Made by a program: the position numbers and the translations under genes
Shown here: positions 29,000 to 38,319 of the stretch, one piece after another
Layout: every line of letters starts with the position of its first letter
How positions within the stretch are numbered: the stretch's first letter is position 1
The notes under the pieces: model-generated
The model's database searches: none
The model's input: only the letters and a program-made list of their open reading frames with translations
Told to the model about the DNA's origin: nothing
Source of the DNA: a virus
IMG/VR virus record: IMGVR_UViG_3300029876_000011
DNA: 50,705 nt
Strand: one strand, 5' to 3'

Positions 29000-29765
29000 T
29001 ATTGTTTTCCTCCTTATATGGATAAATGTCGGTCCAATTTTTTAAGATAGATTGTTCTAATATTTTAATTTGAATTTGTTTACTATTTGACAACTTAAAT
29101 AGTTTATTAATTAGCATAGTTAATGCTCTATCAGTCATAGGCTTTTTTATTAACTTTCTCATTTTTATATAATCATAAATAGTATTTTTGACTTCATTAT
29201 TTTCAACCATAGAATTTAGAATTTCATCGTAAGATGTTTTCTTTCTTTCTTCTTTATTCTTTATATCTATCTCTATACTCTTATCTCTATCTCTATACTC
29301 TATCTCTTCGTTATTTTCAATAACATTACTATCGTTACTATCGGCGTTACTATTAGTAACGGATAATTTTAACTGTTTTTGTCTTTCTCTAAATCTTTTT
29401 TGTCTTTGAGCATTTGCATTTGCTGCTTCACTTCCTACCATTTCATTGAAGTTAGCAATTTTCAATATTTTATCTGTTTCTTCATATATAAGCCCTAATT
29501 TTTTAAACAATCCTAATGCAATTGTTACTGTATCAAAATCAAAATGTTTAGTATCTCTTACAATTTTTTCTACATTAAATGGAACTATCATTTCACCAAT
29601 TTTAGAACACATTTCTCCATTGTTATTGGCTGTATTTAAACATAACATTTGATACAAAACTATATATTCACAACCATTCTTTTGAGATAGTAAAAAATCT
29701 ATAGTTTCTTGATTGAAAAAGTCTGTCTTTAACTTGATCCAATAATATCTTTTATCTTCTTTCAT
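28947..29765 (-). CDS. Phage replisome organiser (DnaD-like N-terminal domain)
   Basis: N-terminus KRYYWIKLKTDFFNQETIDFL matches the replisome-organiser N-terminal family pattern; sits upstream of the DnaC-like loader. Confidence 0.55.
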   Translation of the reverse strand: MKEDKRYYWIKLKTDFFNQETIDFLLSQKNGCEYIVLYQMLCLNTANNNGEMCSKIGEMIVPFNVEKIVRDTKHFDFDTVTIALGLFKKLGLIYEETDKILKIANFNEMVGSEAANANAQRQKRFRERQKQLKLSVTNSNADSNDSNVIENNEEIEYRDRDKSIEIDIKNKEERKKTSYDEILNSMVENNEVKNTIYDYIKMRKLIKKPMTDRALTMLINKLFKLSNSKQIQIKILEQSILKNWTDIYPYKEENNNAIHQGNAKSDLSKYDR

Positions 29766-29797
29766 ATCCTCACCTTATCCTTTCTAGGTATGTAAAA

Positions 29798-29865
29798 AGA
29801 GTACCTATACACAACCCACAAATTATTTGTTAAGGATAGCCTGTGGGCTGTGTATAAATACTCTT
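29798..29865 (-). promoter_or_regulatory. 23-bp imperfect inverted repeat (agagtacctatacacaacccaca / tgtgggctgtgtataaatactct) with a 22-nt AT-rich loop, in the 5' leader of the replisome organiser gene
   Basis: 20 of 23 positions are complementary; lies between the consensus promoter (29887-29915) and the start codon (29765). Confidence 0.5.
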
Positions 29866-29886
29866 CATGCTACCCTTAACAATATC

Positions 29887-29915
29887 ATTTTACCATTTAT
29901 TTACAATTATGTCAA
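29887..29915 (-). promoter_or_regulatory. Consensus sigma-A-type promoter TTGACA-N17-TAAAAT
   Basis: Minus strand reads gtagTTGACAtaattgtaaataaatggTAAAATgat; exact 17-nt spacer. Confidence 0.6.
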
Positions 29916-30057
29916 CTACTTTTTTACTATTTGAAGCATTTTATTTAAACCTTTATAAAATCCTTCTATATCTCCTGAAAGTATTTGACCTTTCATTGTC
30001 TTATATGTATTCTTAGGTATCTTGTATTTAAGTTTCTTTAGTTCTTTGAGTGCTTTA

Positions 30058-31233
30058 TTAACCATTTACTAATACCGCCTTATTTCCTGTTAGTTCTTCC
30101 CATCTTTTAACTATTACATCACAATATTTAGGATCTAATTCCATGCTATAAGATTTTCTTTCATTTTGCTCACATGCTATTAATGTTGTTCCACTACCAG
30201 CAAATAAATCTAATACTATATCTTCCTTCTTTGTATTGTTTTGAATTTGATAGTCAAATAATTTAATTGGTTTCATTGTTGGATGTTCTGCATTTCTTGA
30301 TGGTTTATCAAAGTTTAATACAGTTGTTTGAGTTCTATCACTAGCCCATAAATGACTTGCTCCCTCTTTCCAACCATATAAGCAAGGTTCATGTTTCCAA
30401 TGATAATCTTGTCTACCCATAACCATAGAGTTTTTGTTCCAAATTAAACATTGTCTAACTTTCCAACCATTATCAAAACAAGCACCTCTAAAGTTATATC
30501 CTTCACTATCAGCATGCCAAATATAAAAGACTGCTCCTTCTTTCATTACACTATCTGCACTAGCAAATGCATCTCGTAAAAATTGGCGGAAACTATCATT
30601 GTCCATCTTATCATTTTTAATTTTTAAACCAGTACCACCTTCATAATCGACATTATAAGGAGGATCAGTAATCAATAAATCTACTTTTGTACCATCCATT
30701 AATTTTTCCAAATCATCTATAGCAGTACTGTCTCCACACATTAATCTGTGATTTCCTAGTTGATATATATCTCCTAACTTTGATTTCGGTTCTTCTACCT
30801 CTTCTAATGCTCCCTCAATATCAAAATCATCTTCTTCTGCTTCTGGTTCTTCTTCAAACATTGTCATATCAAATTCAAAATCAGACATATCAATATCTTG
30901 AATAGCCTTTAGTTCTTCTTCTAATTTAGTAAAATCCCATTCTGCAATTTCTCCGACCTTATTATCTGCTAGTCTAAAGGCTTTAATTTGCTCTGGTGTT
31001 AAATCATCAGCAATTACACAAGGAACAGTTTCTAAGCCTAATTTTTTAGCAGCCCTAATTCTGGTATGTCCAGCAACAATAACATTATCTCTATCAAGAA
31101 TAATTGGTACTTTAAAGCCAAACTCCTTTATGCTATTTGCTACTGGTCCAATAGCATTTTCATTGTTTCTTGGATTATTCTCATATTCTTTAATATCACT
31201 GATGTTAATTTCTATGATGTTCAATATCTTCAC
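30058..31233 (-). CDS. ParB-like nuclease domain fused to a DNA methyltransferase (beta-class, N6-adenine or N4-cytosine)
   Basis: N-terminal ParB motif IILDRDNVIVAGHTRIRAA; DPPY motif IV precedes the AdoMet motif LDLFAGSGTT. Confidence 0.75.
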   Translation of the reverse strand: MKILNIIEINISDIKEYENNPRNNENAIGPVANSIKEFGFKVPIILDRDNVIVAGHTRIRAAKKLGLETVPCVIADDLTPEQIKAFRLADNKVGEIAEWDFTKLEEELKAIQDIDMSDFEFDMTMFEEEPEAEEDDFDIEGALEEVEEPKSKLGDIYQLGNHRLMCGDSTAIDDLEKLMDGTKVDLLITDPPYNVDYEGGTGLKIKNDKMDNDSFRQFLRDAFASADSVMKEGAVFYIWHADSEGYNFRGACFDNGWKVRQCLIWNKNSMVMGRQDYHWKHEPCLYGWKEGASHLWASDRTQTTVLNFDKPSRNAEHPTMKPIKLFDYQIQNNTKKEDIVLDLFAGSGTTLIACEQNERKSYSMELDPKYCDVIVKRWEELTGNKAVLVNG

Positions 31234-31239
31234 TCCAAT

Positions 31240-31569
31240 TTAAAGAATTTCTTTATTTAACATTTCTAAACAATATAGTGGTCCTGTACCAGTTGGTTCA
31301 TATATTCTTATATAGTCATATTCTTTGAAGTAAATTAATTCTACATCTTCTCTATCTTTAAAATGCTCTACCAACATTTTGTACATCTTTTCTCTATATT
31401 CATGGTAATTTGGTAACTTTTCTAATTCTTCTTCTATAGTTCTTAACAACTCATGGTTACCTTTAAAATGTTTTCTATAATATTCATCAATACCATAACT
31501 CTCTAGTTGTTCTAATATGCTTGTATATGTATTATCTTTTTCAATATCAAAGATACTAATTTGTTCCAT
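31240..31569 (-). CDS. Hypothetical protein
   Basis: 109 aa; preceded by the conserved GTGCAATATAA..GGTAATGTTGCA leader hairpin element. Confidence 0.4.
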   Translation of the reverse strand: MEQISIFDIEKDNTYTSILEQLESYGIDEYYRKHFKGNHELLRTIEEELEKLPNYHEYREKMYKMLVEHFKDREDVELIYFKEYDYIRIYEPTGTGPLYCLEMLNKEIL

Positions 31570-31741
31570 ATACCCCTCCTTTCAGTATGCAACATTACCA
31601 CTATCTTATATTGCACCTATGTAAGTACTAACTAGCCTAGATATATCAAGACTTTAAGCCCTATTTTTTATCTAAAATAGTTTTTAACTTTTTTAAGGTG
31701 CTTTTTTGGCTCAAAAAATGGAACTCCCCCTGATTGATAAC

Positions 31742-31873
31742 CTACTTATTTCCATTTTTCATTTCTATTAATTTGTCTGCTAAATCTTCTAGTTCTTTGT
31801 TTTCTCCAAATTTTTGTATGGCTAGATCAATACAAAAAATTAATTTAGTTAGTTCTTCATTTGTTAATTTCAT
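31742..31873 (-). CDS. Small ORF (43 aa), not in the ORF track
   Basis: MKLTNEELTKLIFCIDLAIQKFGENKELEDLADKLIEMKNGNK; AGGAGG site; preceded by the ATGCTTCAAATAGTAAA motif. Confidence 0.3.
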   Translation of the reverse strand: MKLTNEELTKLIFCIDLAIQKFGENKELEDLADKLIEMKNGNK

Positions 31874-31914
31874 TTTAACACCTCCTTTATTTACTATTTG
31901 AAGCATTGAAGCCC

Positions 31915-32109
31915 TTAAAGGACTTCAACTGCTCCAGTTTCTTTGCTGCATTTAATTTCTGTTTTCTTCCCATCAAGTTCAAACCTCCAAGAATAAGTAG
32001 TAGGTGTTTCCTTATCAACATACCAGCCTATAACTTCATCAAACTCTTTATATTTTGATTTGTTATAAACTTTCTTAATTCTACTTACTGCTTGTTTGTT
32101 TGTTAGCAT
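31915..32109 (-). CDS. Hypothetical protein
   Basis: 64 aa; driven by promoter/leader cassette copy A. Confidence 0.4.
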   Translation of the reverse strand: MLTNKQAVSRIKKVYNKSKYKEFDEVIGWYVDKETPTTYSWRFELDGKKTEIKCSKETGAVEVL

Positions 32110-32200
32110 TTTGTATTTCCCCTTTGATGTTTTAGTAGGTTATCTCCTAACCTCTATATATATAATAACATATATGATAATATATATCAATAGTTTTGTT
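32110..32200 (-). promoter_or_regulatory. Promoter/leader cassette family P-I, copy A (TTGATA-N17-TATTAT)
   Basis: -35 at 32185-32190, -10 at 32162-32167; shares the conserved leader ..tatatatagaggttaggagataacctactaaaacatcaaagggg. Confidence 0.5.
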
Positions 32201-32235
32201 TCATTTTTTATCTGTAATTTATTATTTGAAGCATA

Positions 32236-32583
32236 TTACTCTTGACTATCTACAAATCTAGTAAAGGTATTCTTATATCCTCCAATAGCATAGTCTATAT
32301 ATTCACTAGTCTTATTAATCCTTGCTTCTTGAACTTTTTCATTCGCTAATTCAGGATGTTCTTTTTGTACCTTTCTTCTTGCTCTTGTTATACTTTCAAA
32401 TGCTGGTAATTTATATTCTTTATGATTTAACATAACATCATAAAATGGTTGTCTAATTACCACATTTTCATTAATTAACTGATATACTCTATACAATAAG
32501 ACAAAATCATCTGATCTAGTATCTTCAAATCTAGTTAGCACATCTTTAACCATATCCTCCACTTTATATAAATCAGTTTTCAT
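32236..32583 (-). CDS. Hypothetical protein
   Basis: 115 aa. Confidence 0.4.
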   Translation of the reverse strand: MKTDLYKVEDMVKDVLTRFEDTRSDDFVLLYRVYQLINENVVIRQPFYDVMLNHKEYKLPAFESITRARRKVQKEHPELANEKVQEARINKTSEYIDYAIGGYKNTFTRFVDSQE

Positions 32584-32782
32584 TTTTCCCCTCCAATTCT
32601 TTCATTTTTAGTAATATATCTAGATATACTGTTTCTTGAGTTTCGTTAAAAGTATCTACCAAGAACATTACTAACATTTTCCAATTCGTTTCTAATTTAT
32701 TTAACTTTGCCAATTTCTCTGCTGTATATAAACTTAAATATTCACCTTTCATATAATCACCTCTTTTTACTATTTGAAGCAT
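32573..32782 (-). CDS. Hypothetical protein (probable true start at the internal Met; the annotated N-terminus MLQIVK is the conserved motif)
   Basis: The ATGCTTCAAATAGTAAAAAGAGGTGA motif plus ribosome-binding site lies before an internal ATG. Confidence 0.35.
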   Translation of the reverse strand: MLQIVKRGDYMKGEYLSLYTAEKLAKLNKLETNWKMLVMFLVDTFNETQETVYLDILLKMKELEGKNEN

Positions 32783-32787
32783 AATGC

Positions 32788-32979
32788 TTAATCAAATAAA
32801 CTAATTTGTTTTTTAGTAATTTGATTAGCATTAGTACTTTCTATTCTCAATGGTTCAGGTTTCTTTTCTATTTCCTTGGAAATACATTTACTACATAAAA
32901 CTAAACCATTGTGTCCACTACAATAATCCCATTTATTGCATACATCACATTGATCTTTAAATGACTTCATTATTATCAC
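32788..32979 (-). CDS. Small zinc-ribbon protein
   Basis: CDVCNKWDYCSGHNGLVLCSKC. Confidence 0.4.
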   Translation of the reverse strand: MIIMKSFKDQCDVCNKWDYCSGHNGLVLCSKCISKEIEKKPEPLRIESTNANQITKKQISLFD

Positions 32980-33421
32980 TGCTTTTCCTTCCTAATATTT
33001 CATCTGCTTCTTCTTTTGTATAGGCATCATATCCATATTGAGCATTTTGTTGTTTGTTTCTAGTCTTATGTATTTGATTTAATAATATTTTTCTATTTCC
33101 CTCATTACATAGTTTATTTTCATTATCATGGAACACTTTCATTAGTTCTAACTGATTTTTATATATTCTTCTTTCAGTTCTTAACTTATGTAGTTCTTTA
33201 ATGATCCTATATGATTCTGTAACTTTAACAGGCTCTAATTCTATGTAATGTAACCAATAATCTATCTTCTTATCAGTTAATGATTGTAAGGTAAACAACT
33301 TTTCAAAATACTCTTCATTATCTTCTAATAATCTGATTGCATTGCAGATGTTGTCTAACACATCTACTGTACTTGGTTGTTCCATGTATCCCTCCTTATA
33401 TCTTGTATTCCATATTTTCAA
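32957..33421 (-). CDS. Hypothetical protein
   Basis: 154 aa. Confidence 0.4.
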   Translation of the reverse strand: MKIWNTRYKEGYMEQPSTVDVLDNICNAIRLLEDNEEYFEKLFTLQSLTDKKIDYWLHYIELEPVKVTESYRIIKELHKLRTERRIYKNQLELMKVFHDNENKLCNEGNRKILLNQIHKTRNKQQNAQYGYDAYTKEEADEILGRKSSDNNEVI

Positions 33422-33767
33422 ATTGTTCTTTTGTTACTATTGATTTAATATCTTCATTTTTTCTTATTCTTTCAATCCACACACCAGTTCTATTATTAGG
33501 TCTTTTAACTTGTATCTCATATACTTTATTATTACTGCTTAAAATTGCAGTAACAGGATATCTATTAACATAATCTCCTACTTCTAAAATATCAATTATG
33601 TTATAACTGGCTTTAACTACATTTTCTTTTGTATATTCTCCTTGATAGATACTGCCATTATTTTCAGTTAATATAGTTGTTTCAAATACATTTGCAATTT
33701 TATTTATAACAACTATATCTTCAACATCATTTACCAGCCTTACATACATTCCAACTTTTAATTCCAT
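33396..33767 (-). CDS. Hypothetical protein, paralog family 1 (with 45419..45763)
   Basis: Shares M-L-VGMYVR ... NIIDIL-VGDYVN ... SIVTKEQFE with 45419..45763. Confidence 0.45.
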   Translation of the reverse strand: MELKVGMYVRLVNDVEDIVVINKIANVFETTILTENNGSIYQGEYTKENVVKASYNIIDILEVGDYVNRYPVTAILSSNNKVYEIQVKRPNNRTGVWIERIRKNEDIKSIVTKEQFENMEYKI

Positions 33768-33906
33768 TTTTTACACCTCCGTTCATCTTATTTCCTCCTT
33801 ATATATTTTATGCAACATTACCCATATGTTATATTGCACCTAGTAGACATTGAATAAGACTATATATATCAATGCTTTAACTAGTTTTTACTATCTAAAA
33901 TAGTTT

Positions 33907-34155
33907 TTATGATTTTTGACCTATATTTTCTATCTTTTTTCTCATATTTAGATATTCTTTACCAATAGGACTTTCAAAATATTTATTACATAAATCTATT
34001 GCAAAATTGATTGTTGCATTTGCTACATTTTTTATAGGTTCAATAACATCTTCTGGTTCTATGTCGTTTGCAATGCAATAATTAGCAAAATTATGTTTTG
34101 TTTCATCACTCATACCTTTGACTATACTAGCATTTGTAAATTTAATATGTTCCAT
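33907..34155 (-). CDS. Hypothetical protein
   Basis: 82 aa. Confidence 0.4.
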   Translation of the reverse strand: MEHIKFTNASIVKGMSDETKHNFANYCIANDIEPEDVIEPIKNVANATINFAIDLCNKYFESPIGKEYLNMRKKIENIGQKS

Positions 34156-34167
34156 CTATTTCACCTC

Positions 34168-34476
34168 CTAACATACATCAATAATTCCATCTGGATTATC
34201 TTCACAACAATTTCTCATTTCTTTAATTGCTTCTAATAAATCATAATAAGTCCCCCAACCATTTTCAGGATTTAGTTTTTCATACTCCTCTTGATTCACT
34301 ATTAAATCTTCAATGGCTTTTTGTAAAATTGGTAATGCTTCTTTACAACTCATACCATCTAATGTTTTGAAACCTCCAGGAATACATTTGTAGTACATTT
34401 TTGAAAGATTATAAGTAATATTCCTATCAAATATCTCAACTTCTCTTGTTGCTCTTACTCCTATATCTAAACTCAT
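34168..34476 (-). CDS. Hypothetical protein
   Basis: 102 aa. Confidence 0.4.
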   Translation of the reverse strand: MSLDIGVRATREVEIFDRNITYNLSKMYYKCIPGGFKTLDGMSCKEALPILQKAIEDLIVNQEEYEKLNPENGWGTYYDLLEAIKEMRNCCEDNPDGIIDVC

Positions 34477-35054
34477 CTACATTCACTCTCCTCTGATCTA
34501 ATATAATTATCATAATCTACCCATAATTTATCTATTAAAGGTTGCATATATTTAGGTATTTCTTGTCTATGTTTTAATACATAACTTGCATATGGTTTAA
34601 TTGCTAAACCTCTTTCTAAGTATGCTTCTTTATTTCTAAAATCAATTACTATTGTTTTTAGTTCATCATGTTGATAATTAGGTATCAATCCAAACCTTCC
34701 AACTCTCAATAGTCCCTTTACTTTCTCATAATTTGAATATGACTTATAAGGTGATAAATCAAGACATTCCCAATCAAAGAAATAATAATATTCAATACTT
34801 TCATCTATACTACTTCTTCTATTTTCTAGTGTTTTTTTATAAAACTTTGTAACAGCAAATTCATTAAGAAATTGCTGTAAAAATGGTGGAAAATAAGTTT
34901 GTAACATATCAACAAAACTATCGTTATTAGTCATAAAATACCTATTATAATTGACAACAACTTTTTGCTTATCACCATCACATATAAACTCTAAATGTTC
35001 ATTATCTGCTATGTTTTGAAGAGTTATAGAATTATAATCAAATTCTCTTATCAT
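34473..35054 (-). CDS. Hypothetical protein
   Basis: 193 aa. Confidence 0.4.
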   Translation of the reverse strand: MIREFDYNSITLQNIADNEHLEFICDGDKQKVVVNYNRYFMTNNDSFVDMLQTYFPPFLQQFLNEFAVTKFYKKTLENRRSSIDESIEYYYFFDWECLDLSPYKSYSNYEKVKGLLRVGRFGLIPNYQHDELKTIVIDFRNKEAYLERGLAIKPYASYVLKHRQEIPKYMQPLIDKLWVDYDNYIRSEESECR

Positions 35055-35223
35055 TTTTCCTCCATATACCCATTTCTACAAGTTCTTTTCGTTCTACTTC
35101 TTCTTCTGTTAGTTCTATTGGTTTATTTATTTTCTTTAATTCTGCTAATATTTCTTTTTGAATAGTTACTAATTTATGAATATCCTCATAAAATCTTCTT
35201 TCGTATTGATTCATAACTTTCAA
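35038..35223 (-). CDS. Hypothetical protein
   Basis: 61 aa; overlapping neighbours. Confidence 0.35.
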   Translation of the reverse strand: MKVMNQYERRFYEDIHKLVTIQKEILAELKKINKPIELTEEEVERKELVEMGIWRKNDKRI

Positions 35224-35710
35224 CTCCTTTCATTTTGCTTTTAACATTTATCCACACTTTTTTTCCTAAAATGTTATTGATTTCTCCAATTGTATAACCT
35301 TTTAAAAATAATTTTATACATTTAAGTTCTTGTTGGTTTAAGTGTGCCTTTTCTATTAATTCATTAAGATATATTTTTGTGTCTATCTCATGTTGTGGAT
35401 TATAAGATTTGTTATAAATGACTATCGGATTTTTAAAATCAAGTTTATCAATAATATCTTCTTCATAAATTTCATGCCTTACCTTTGATGAATTAAGATA
35501 ATTGTATTTCCAAAATTGTTTATCAGCATTGTATAGTTTTTCAAATGTATAATTCTCTTTATGTTTAACTTGATATCTGTTCCATAATACTAATAATTTG
35601 TGTATGTAATAATCATATAAATCATCATATTCAACATATTTTATTGTTTTGATATCTACCTTGCATAGGATTTTTACCTTGTCATAGTATTTTATTAATT
35701 CTTCCATCAT
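35186..35710 (-). CDS. Hypothetical protein with C-terminal sigma-region-4/LuxR-like helix-turn-helix
   Basis: LNQQELKCIKLFLKGYTIGEINNILGKK. Confidence 0.4.
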   Translation of the reverse strand: MMEELIKYYDKVKILCKVDIKTIKYVEYDDLYDYYIHKLLVLWNRYQVKHKENYTFEKLYNADKQFWKYNYLNSSKVRHEIYEEDIIDKLDFKNPIVIYNKSYNPQHEIDTKIYLNELIEKAHLNQQELKCIKLFLKGYTIGEINNILGKKVWINVKSKMKGVESYESIRKKIL

Positions 35711-36153
35711 ACAAACATTTTACCAATATGATACTTTTTAAAATCTTGATATTTCTTTAATAGTTCTTCTTCTTTTTTTATATCTTCATCAATTTTGTCA
35801 AATATGTTTGCTATATGCTTCTGTGTTTTAATATCATTATGTATTACTAATTCCATATGATTAAATACATCTGGTTGTATGTTTATCCCTGTTTGATATT
35901 TAGAAAGAAATACAGGCAGTTGATCACTTATAAGATAATATAAATATTTGCTATTAATTAATTTGTTGTTTTTAACAATTAGCACTATATATTGGCTTTC
36001 TACATTAGTATCTTGATTTAAGTAAAATATTTGTCCCTTACTAGCAGATACTTGAATAATGATATTTCCTTCACTATAAACTTTATTTTTCTTTGCTCTT
36101 TCAATATCAACTAAATCTAATAATTTCACTTCTTTATAATTTCTTAAATCCAT
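35707..36153 (-). CDS. hsdS: Type I restriction-modification specificity subunit, half-size (single target-recognition domain)
   Basis: 148 aa; HsdS-like TRD plus conserved C-terminal helix (HIANIFDKIDEDIKKEEELLKKYQDFKKY); start 4 nt after the hsdM stop. Confidence 0.65.
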   Translation of the reverse strand: MDLRNYKEVKLLDLVDIERAKKNKVYSEGNIIIQVSASKGQIFYLNQDTNVESQYIVLIVKNNKLINSKYLYYLISDQLPVFLSKYQTGINIQPDVFNHMELVIHNDIKTQKHIANIFDKIDEDIKKEEELLKKYQDFKKYHIGKMFV

Positions 36154-36157
36154 ATAA

Positions 36158-37450
36158 TCACCCTAACCACTCCATCATAGGTTTTATTGCTTTTGAATAA
36201 TATTCTTTTTCTTCTGGTGTAGTTCCCTCTAACTGTTCAAGCATTCCTTTTAATTGTTTTTCACATTCTTTAGTTTCTTTTTCAATTTTAATAATATCCT
36301 GTACTACTTCCTTTAAATCTGGTAATGGTTCGGTTTCAAACGTATCAACATATCTTGGAATATTTAAGTTATAATCATTTTTAACTACTTCTTCAAAACT
36401 TGCTAAATGTGAATATTTTTCTATTTCTTTTCTATTTTTGTATGTTTCTATTATTTTGTTTATTTGTTCATCATTCATATCATTTTGTTTTGCTTGCTTT
36501 ATGCAGTTTTTAGAACTATCTATAAACAAAATATTTTTATCTTGTTTATTTTTGTTCAATATTAATATGAATGTAGGAATACCTGTATTCAAAAACATTT
36601 TTTCAGGAAGGCCAATAATGCTATCAATTAAATTATTTTCTATTAATTGTTTTCTTATTTCTCCCTCTGCTGATCCTCTGAACAATACACCATGAGGCAA
36701 TATCATAAATGCTTTACCGTTATCACTCAATCTATATAGAATATCTAATACAAATGCAAAATCGGCTTTGCTTTTTGGTGCTAACTCATATCCTTCAAAC
36801 CTTTTATCACATTTTGGCTGCCATTCTATTGAATATGGAGGATTAGAGATGATGGTGTTATATTTAATATCTTGTATATTTTCACTTTTTCCGATTACAC
36901 TGAAATCATTACCTTTTTTCAGTGTGAAAGTATTTATTATTTCATTTTTCAATACATCTTTTTGAATTATTAAGGCATCTGTATTTCTAATTGATAAGTT
37001 AAACAACAATATAGGTATTGACCTAGAAGATAATTCTTCACATTGAAAAGTTGCATTCTTATTTTCATTGTAAGTAAACAATGTTAAAGATCCTGTTCCA
37101 CTGCATACATCTAATACACTATCTTGTTTATCTTGTAACCTTGCTATTATTTTACATATACTATCAGGAGTATAATCTTGCTTTAATCCTTTTCTATCAC
37201 TATGTTCTTCTTGAAAATAATCTCTAAAAAAATCGCTTGATAAATCAATGTCGTACTTCATAAAATTATTAAATAGTTTGTTTTTTTCTTCTTCATTTAA
37301 TAATAAAGTCATTAACTTATCAGGTAATTCAAAACTCTCTTTTATTCCTATAAGTTCATTTATTACTTTGCTTGTTATTTTTTTCTTTTTTTCATCATTA
37401 AATAATGACATTTGTCCATTCATATTTCCTCCTTTTACTATTTGAAGCAT
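36158..37450 (-). CDS. hsdM: Type I-like N6-adenine DNA methyltransferase (HsdM); likely true start at ATGAATGGACAAATG (~37422), since the annotated MLQIVKGG N-terminus is the conserved motif plus ribosome-binding site
   Basis: Motif I VLDVCSGTGSL, motif IV NPPYS; C-terminal HsdM-like region. Confidence 0.8.
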   Translation of the reverse strand: MLQIVKGGNMNGQMSLFNDEKKKKITSKVINELIGIKESFELPDKLMTLLLNEEEKNKLFNNFMKYDIDLSSDFFRDYFQEEHSDRKGLKQDYTPDSICKIIARLQDKQDSVLDVCSGTGSLTLFTYNENKNATFQCEELSSRSIPILLFNLSIRNTDALIIQKDVLKNEIINTFTLKKGNDFSVIGKSENIQDIKYNTIISNPPYSIEWQPKCDKRFEGYELAPKSKADFAFVLDILYRLSDNGKAFMILPHGVLFRGSAEGEIRKQLIENNLIDSIIGLPEKMFLNTGIPTFILILNKNKQDKNILFIDSSKNCIKQAKQNDMNDEQINKIIETYKNRKEIEKYSHLASFEEVVKNDYNLNIPRYVDTFETEPLPDLKEVVQDIIKIEKETKECEKQLKGMLEQLEGTTPEEKEYYSKAIKPMMEWLG

Positions 37451-38319
37451 TAAAACTTCACATTTTCTAATTTTTTTCGTTTTTGCTCTCCTGATGTTTT
37501 AGTATATATCCTTGTTGTCTTTAAATCATTATGTCCTAACAAATCTGCTAAATCTAGCACATTCTCTGGATAACTTTCTAAAAATACCTGTGCAAATAAA
37601 TGTCTAAAGTTATGAGGATGTACCTTTTCTTTATTAATTCTAGCAATTCCTGCAATCTTCTTCATTTGTCTCCAGATGGTTGATACTGCTGGCATTTTAC
37701 CTTTACACTTTGGATCATTTGATAGAAATATGTAACCGCTATCTATTCCTTTTGATTTATAGTATTTTTTTAATTCTCTTGATAGGTCTTGCCTTATTAC
37801 TATTTCTCTATCTTTTCCTTTGTTATATACCTTTATATTTTTTCTAGGTGTTTTTTCTAGGTTTTCAACTGTGAAGTACTTTAATTCTCCAATTCTACAA
37901 CCTGTCATACCTAAAACTTTAATTATGTAATATAATTGCTCGTTGCCTGTTTTATTAGCAATTCTTAATAATCTCTTAAAGTCTGCTATGGTTAATGATT
38001 CTTCATTGCTACTCTGCTCTTGCATTTTATATTTTTTTATTGTTAAGTCATTTAATCCTAACCATCTTAAATACTTATTTAATGATACTATCCATATATT
38101 CATACTCTTTGGACTTTCTGTTATGGTTCTTATATAGTCTTTATAATCCATAGTAGTATCTTTTGTTATTGACTTCTCATCATCAGGAAGCCAATTAATG
38201 AATTTCATTACATTGTTTTTATATTGCTTTAATGTATTTACTTCTTTTTCTTCATATCTTAATTCAGTTATCCATTCATCAACTTTTGATAGTAGTTCTT
38301 CTTTGTTCATAGTTATCAC
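37450..38319 (-). CDS. Tyrosine recombinase (XerC/D-sized; no arm-binding domain)
   Basis: C-terminal catalytic signature HNFRHLFAQ ... LGHNDLKTTRIYTKTS (R..H-x-x-R..Y); stop overlaps the hsdM-motif ATG. Confidence 0.75.
   Translation of the reverse strand: MITMNKEELLSKVDEWITELRYEEKEVNTLKQYKNNVMKFINWLPDDEKSITKDTTMDYKDYIRTITESPKSMNIWIVSLNKYLRWLGLNDLTIKKYKMQEQSSNEESLTIADFKRLLRIANKTGNEQLYYIIKVLGMTGCRIGELKYFTVENLEKTPRKNIKVYNKGKDREIVIRQDLSRELKKYYKSKGIDSGYIFLSNDPKCKGKMPAVSTIWRQMKKIAGIARINKEKVHPHNFRHLFAQVFLESYPENVLDLADLLGHNDLKTTRIYTKTSGEQKRKKLENVKF

Noticed and set aside
31742-31744. TAG stop-codon recoding (alternative genetic code), suggested by an open in-frame extension after the TAG of the 43-aa ORF
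   Set aside because: All large structural genes (TMP, terL, portal, capsid) translate as long ORFs under the standard code with TAG stops, so genome-wide recoding is unsupported; at most this is local readthrough or coincidence.
35707-37450. Complete type I restriction-modification system
   Set aside because: No hsdR-like helicase/nuclease ORF exists anywhere in the window; only M and a half-S are present.
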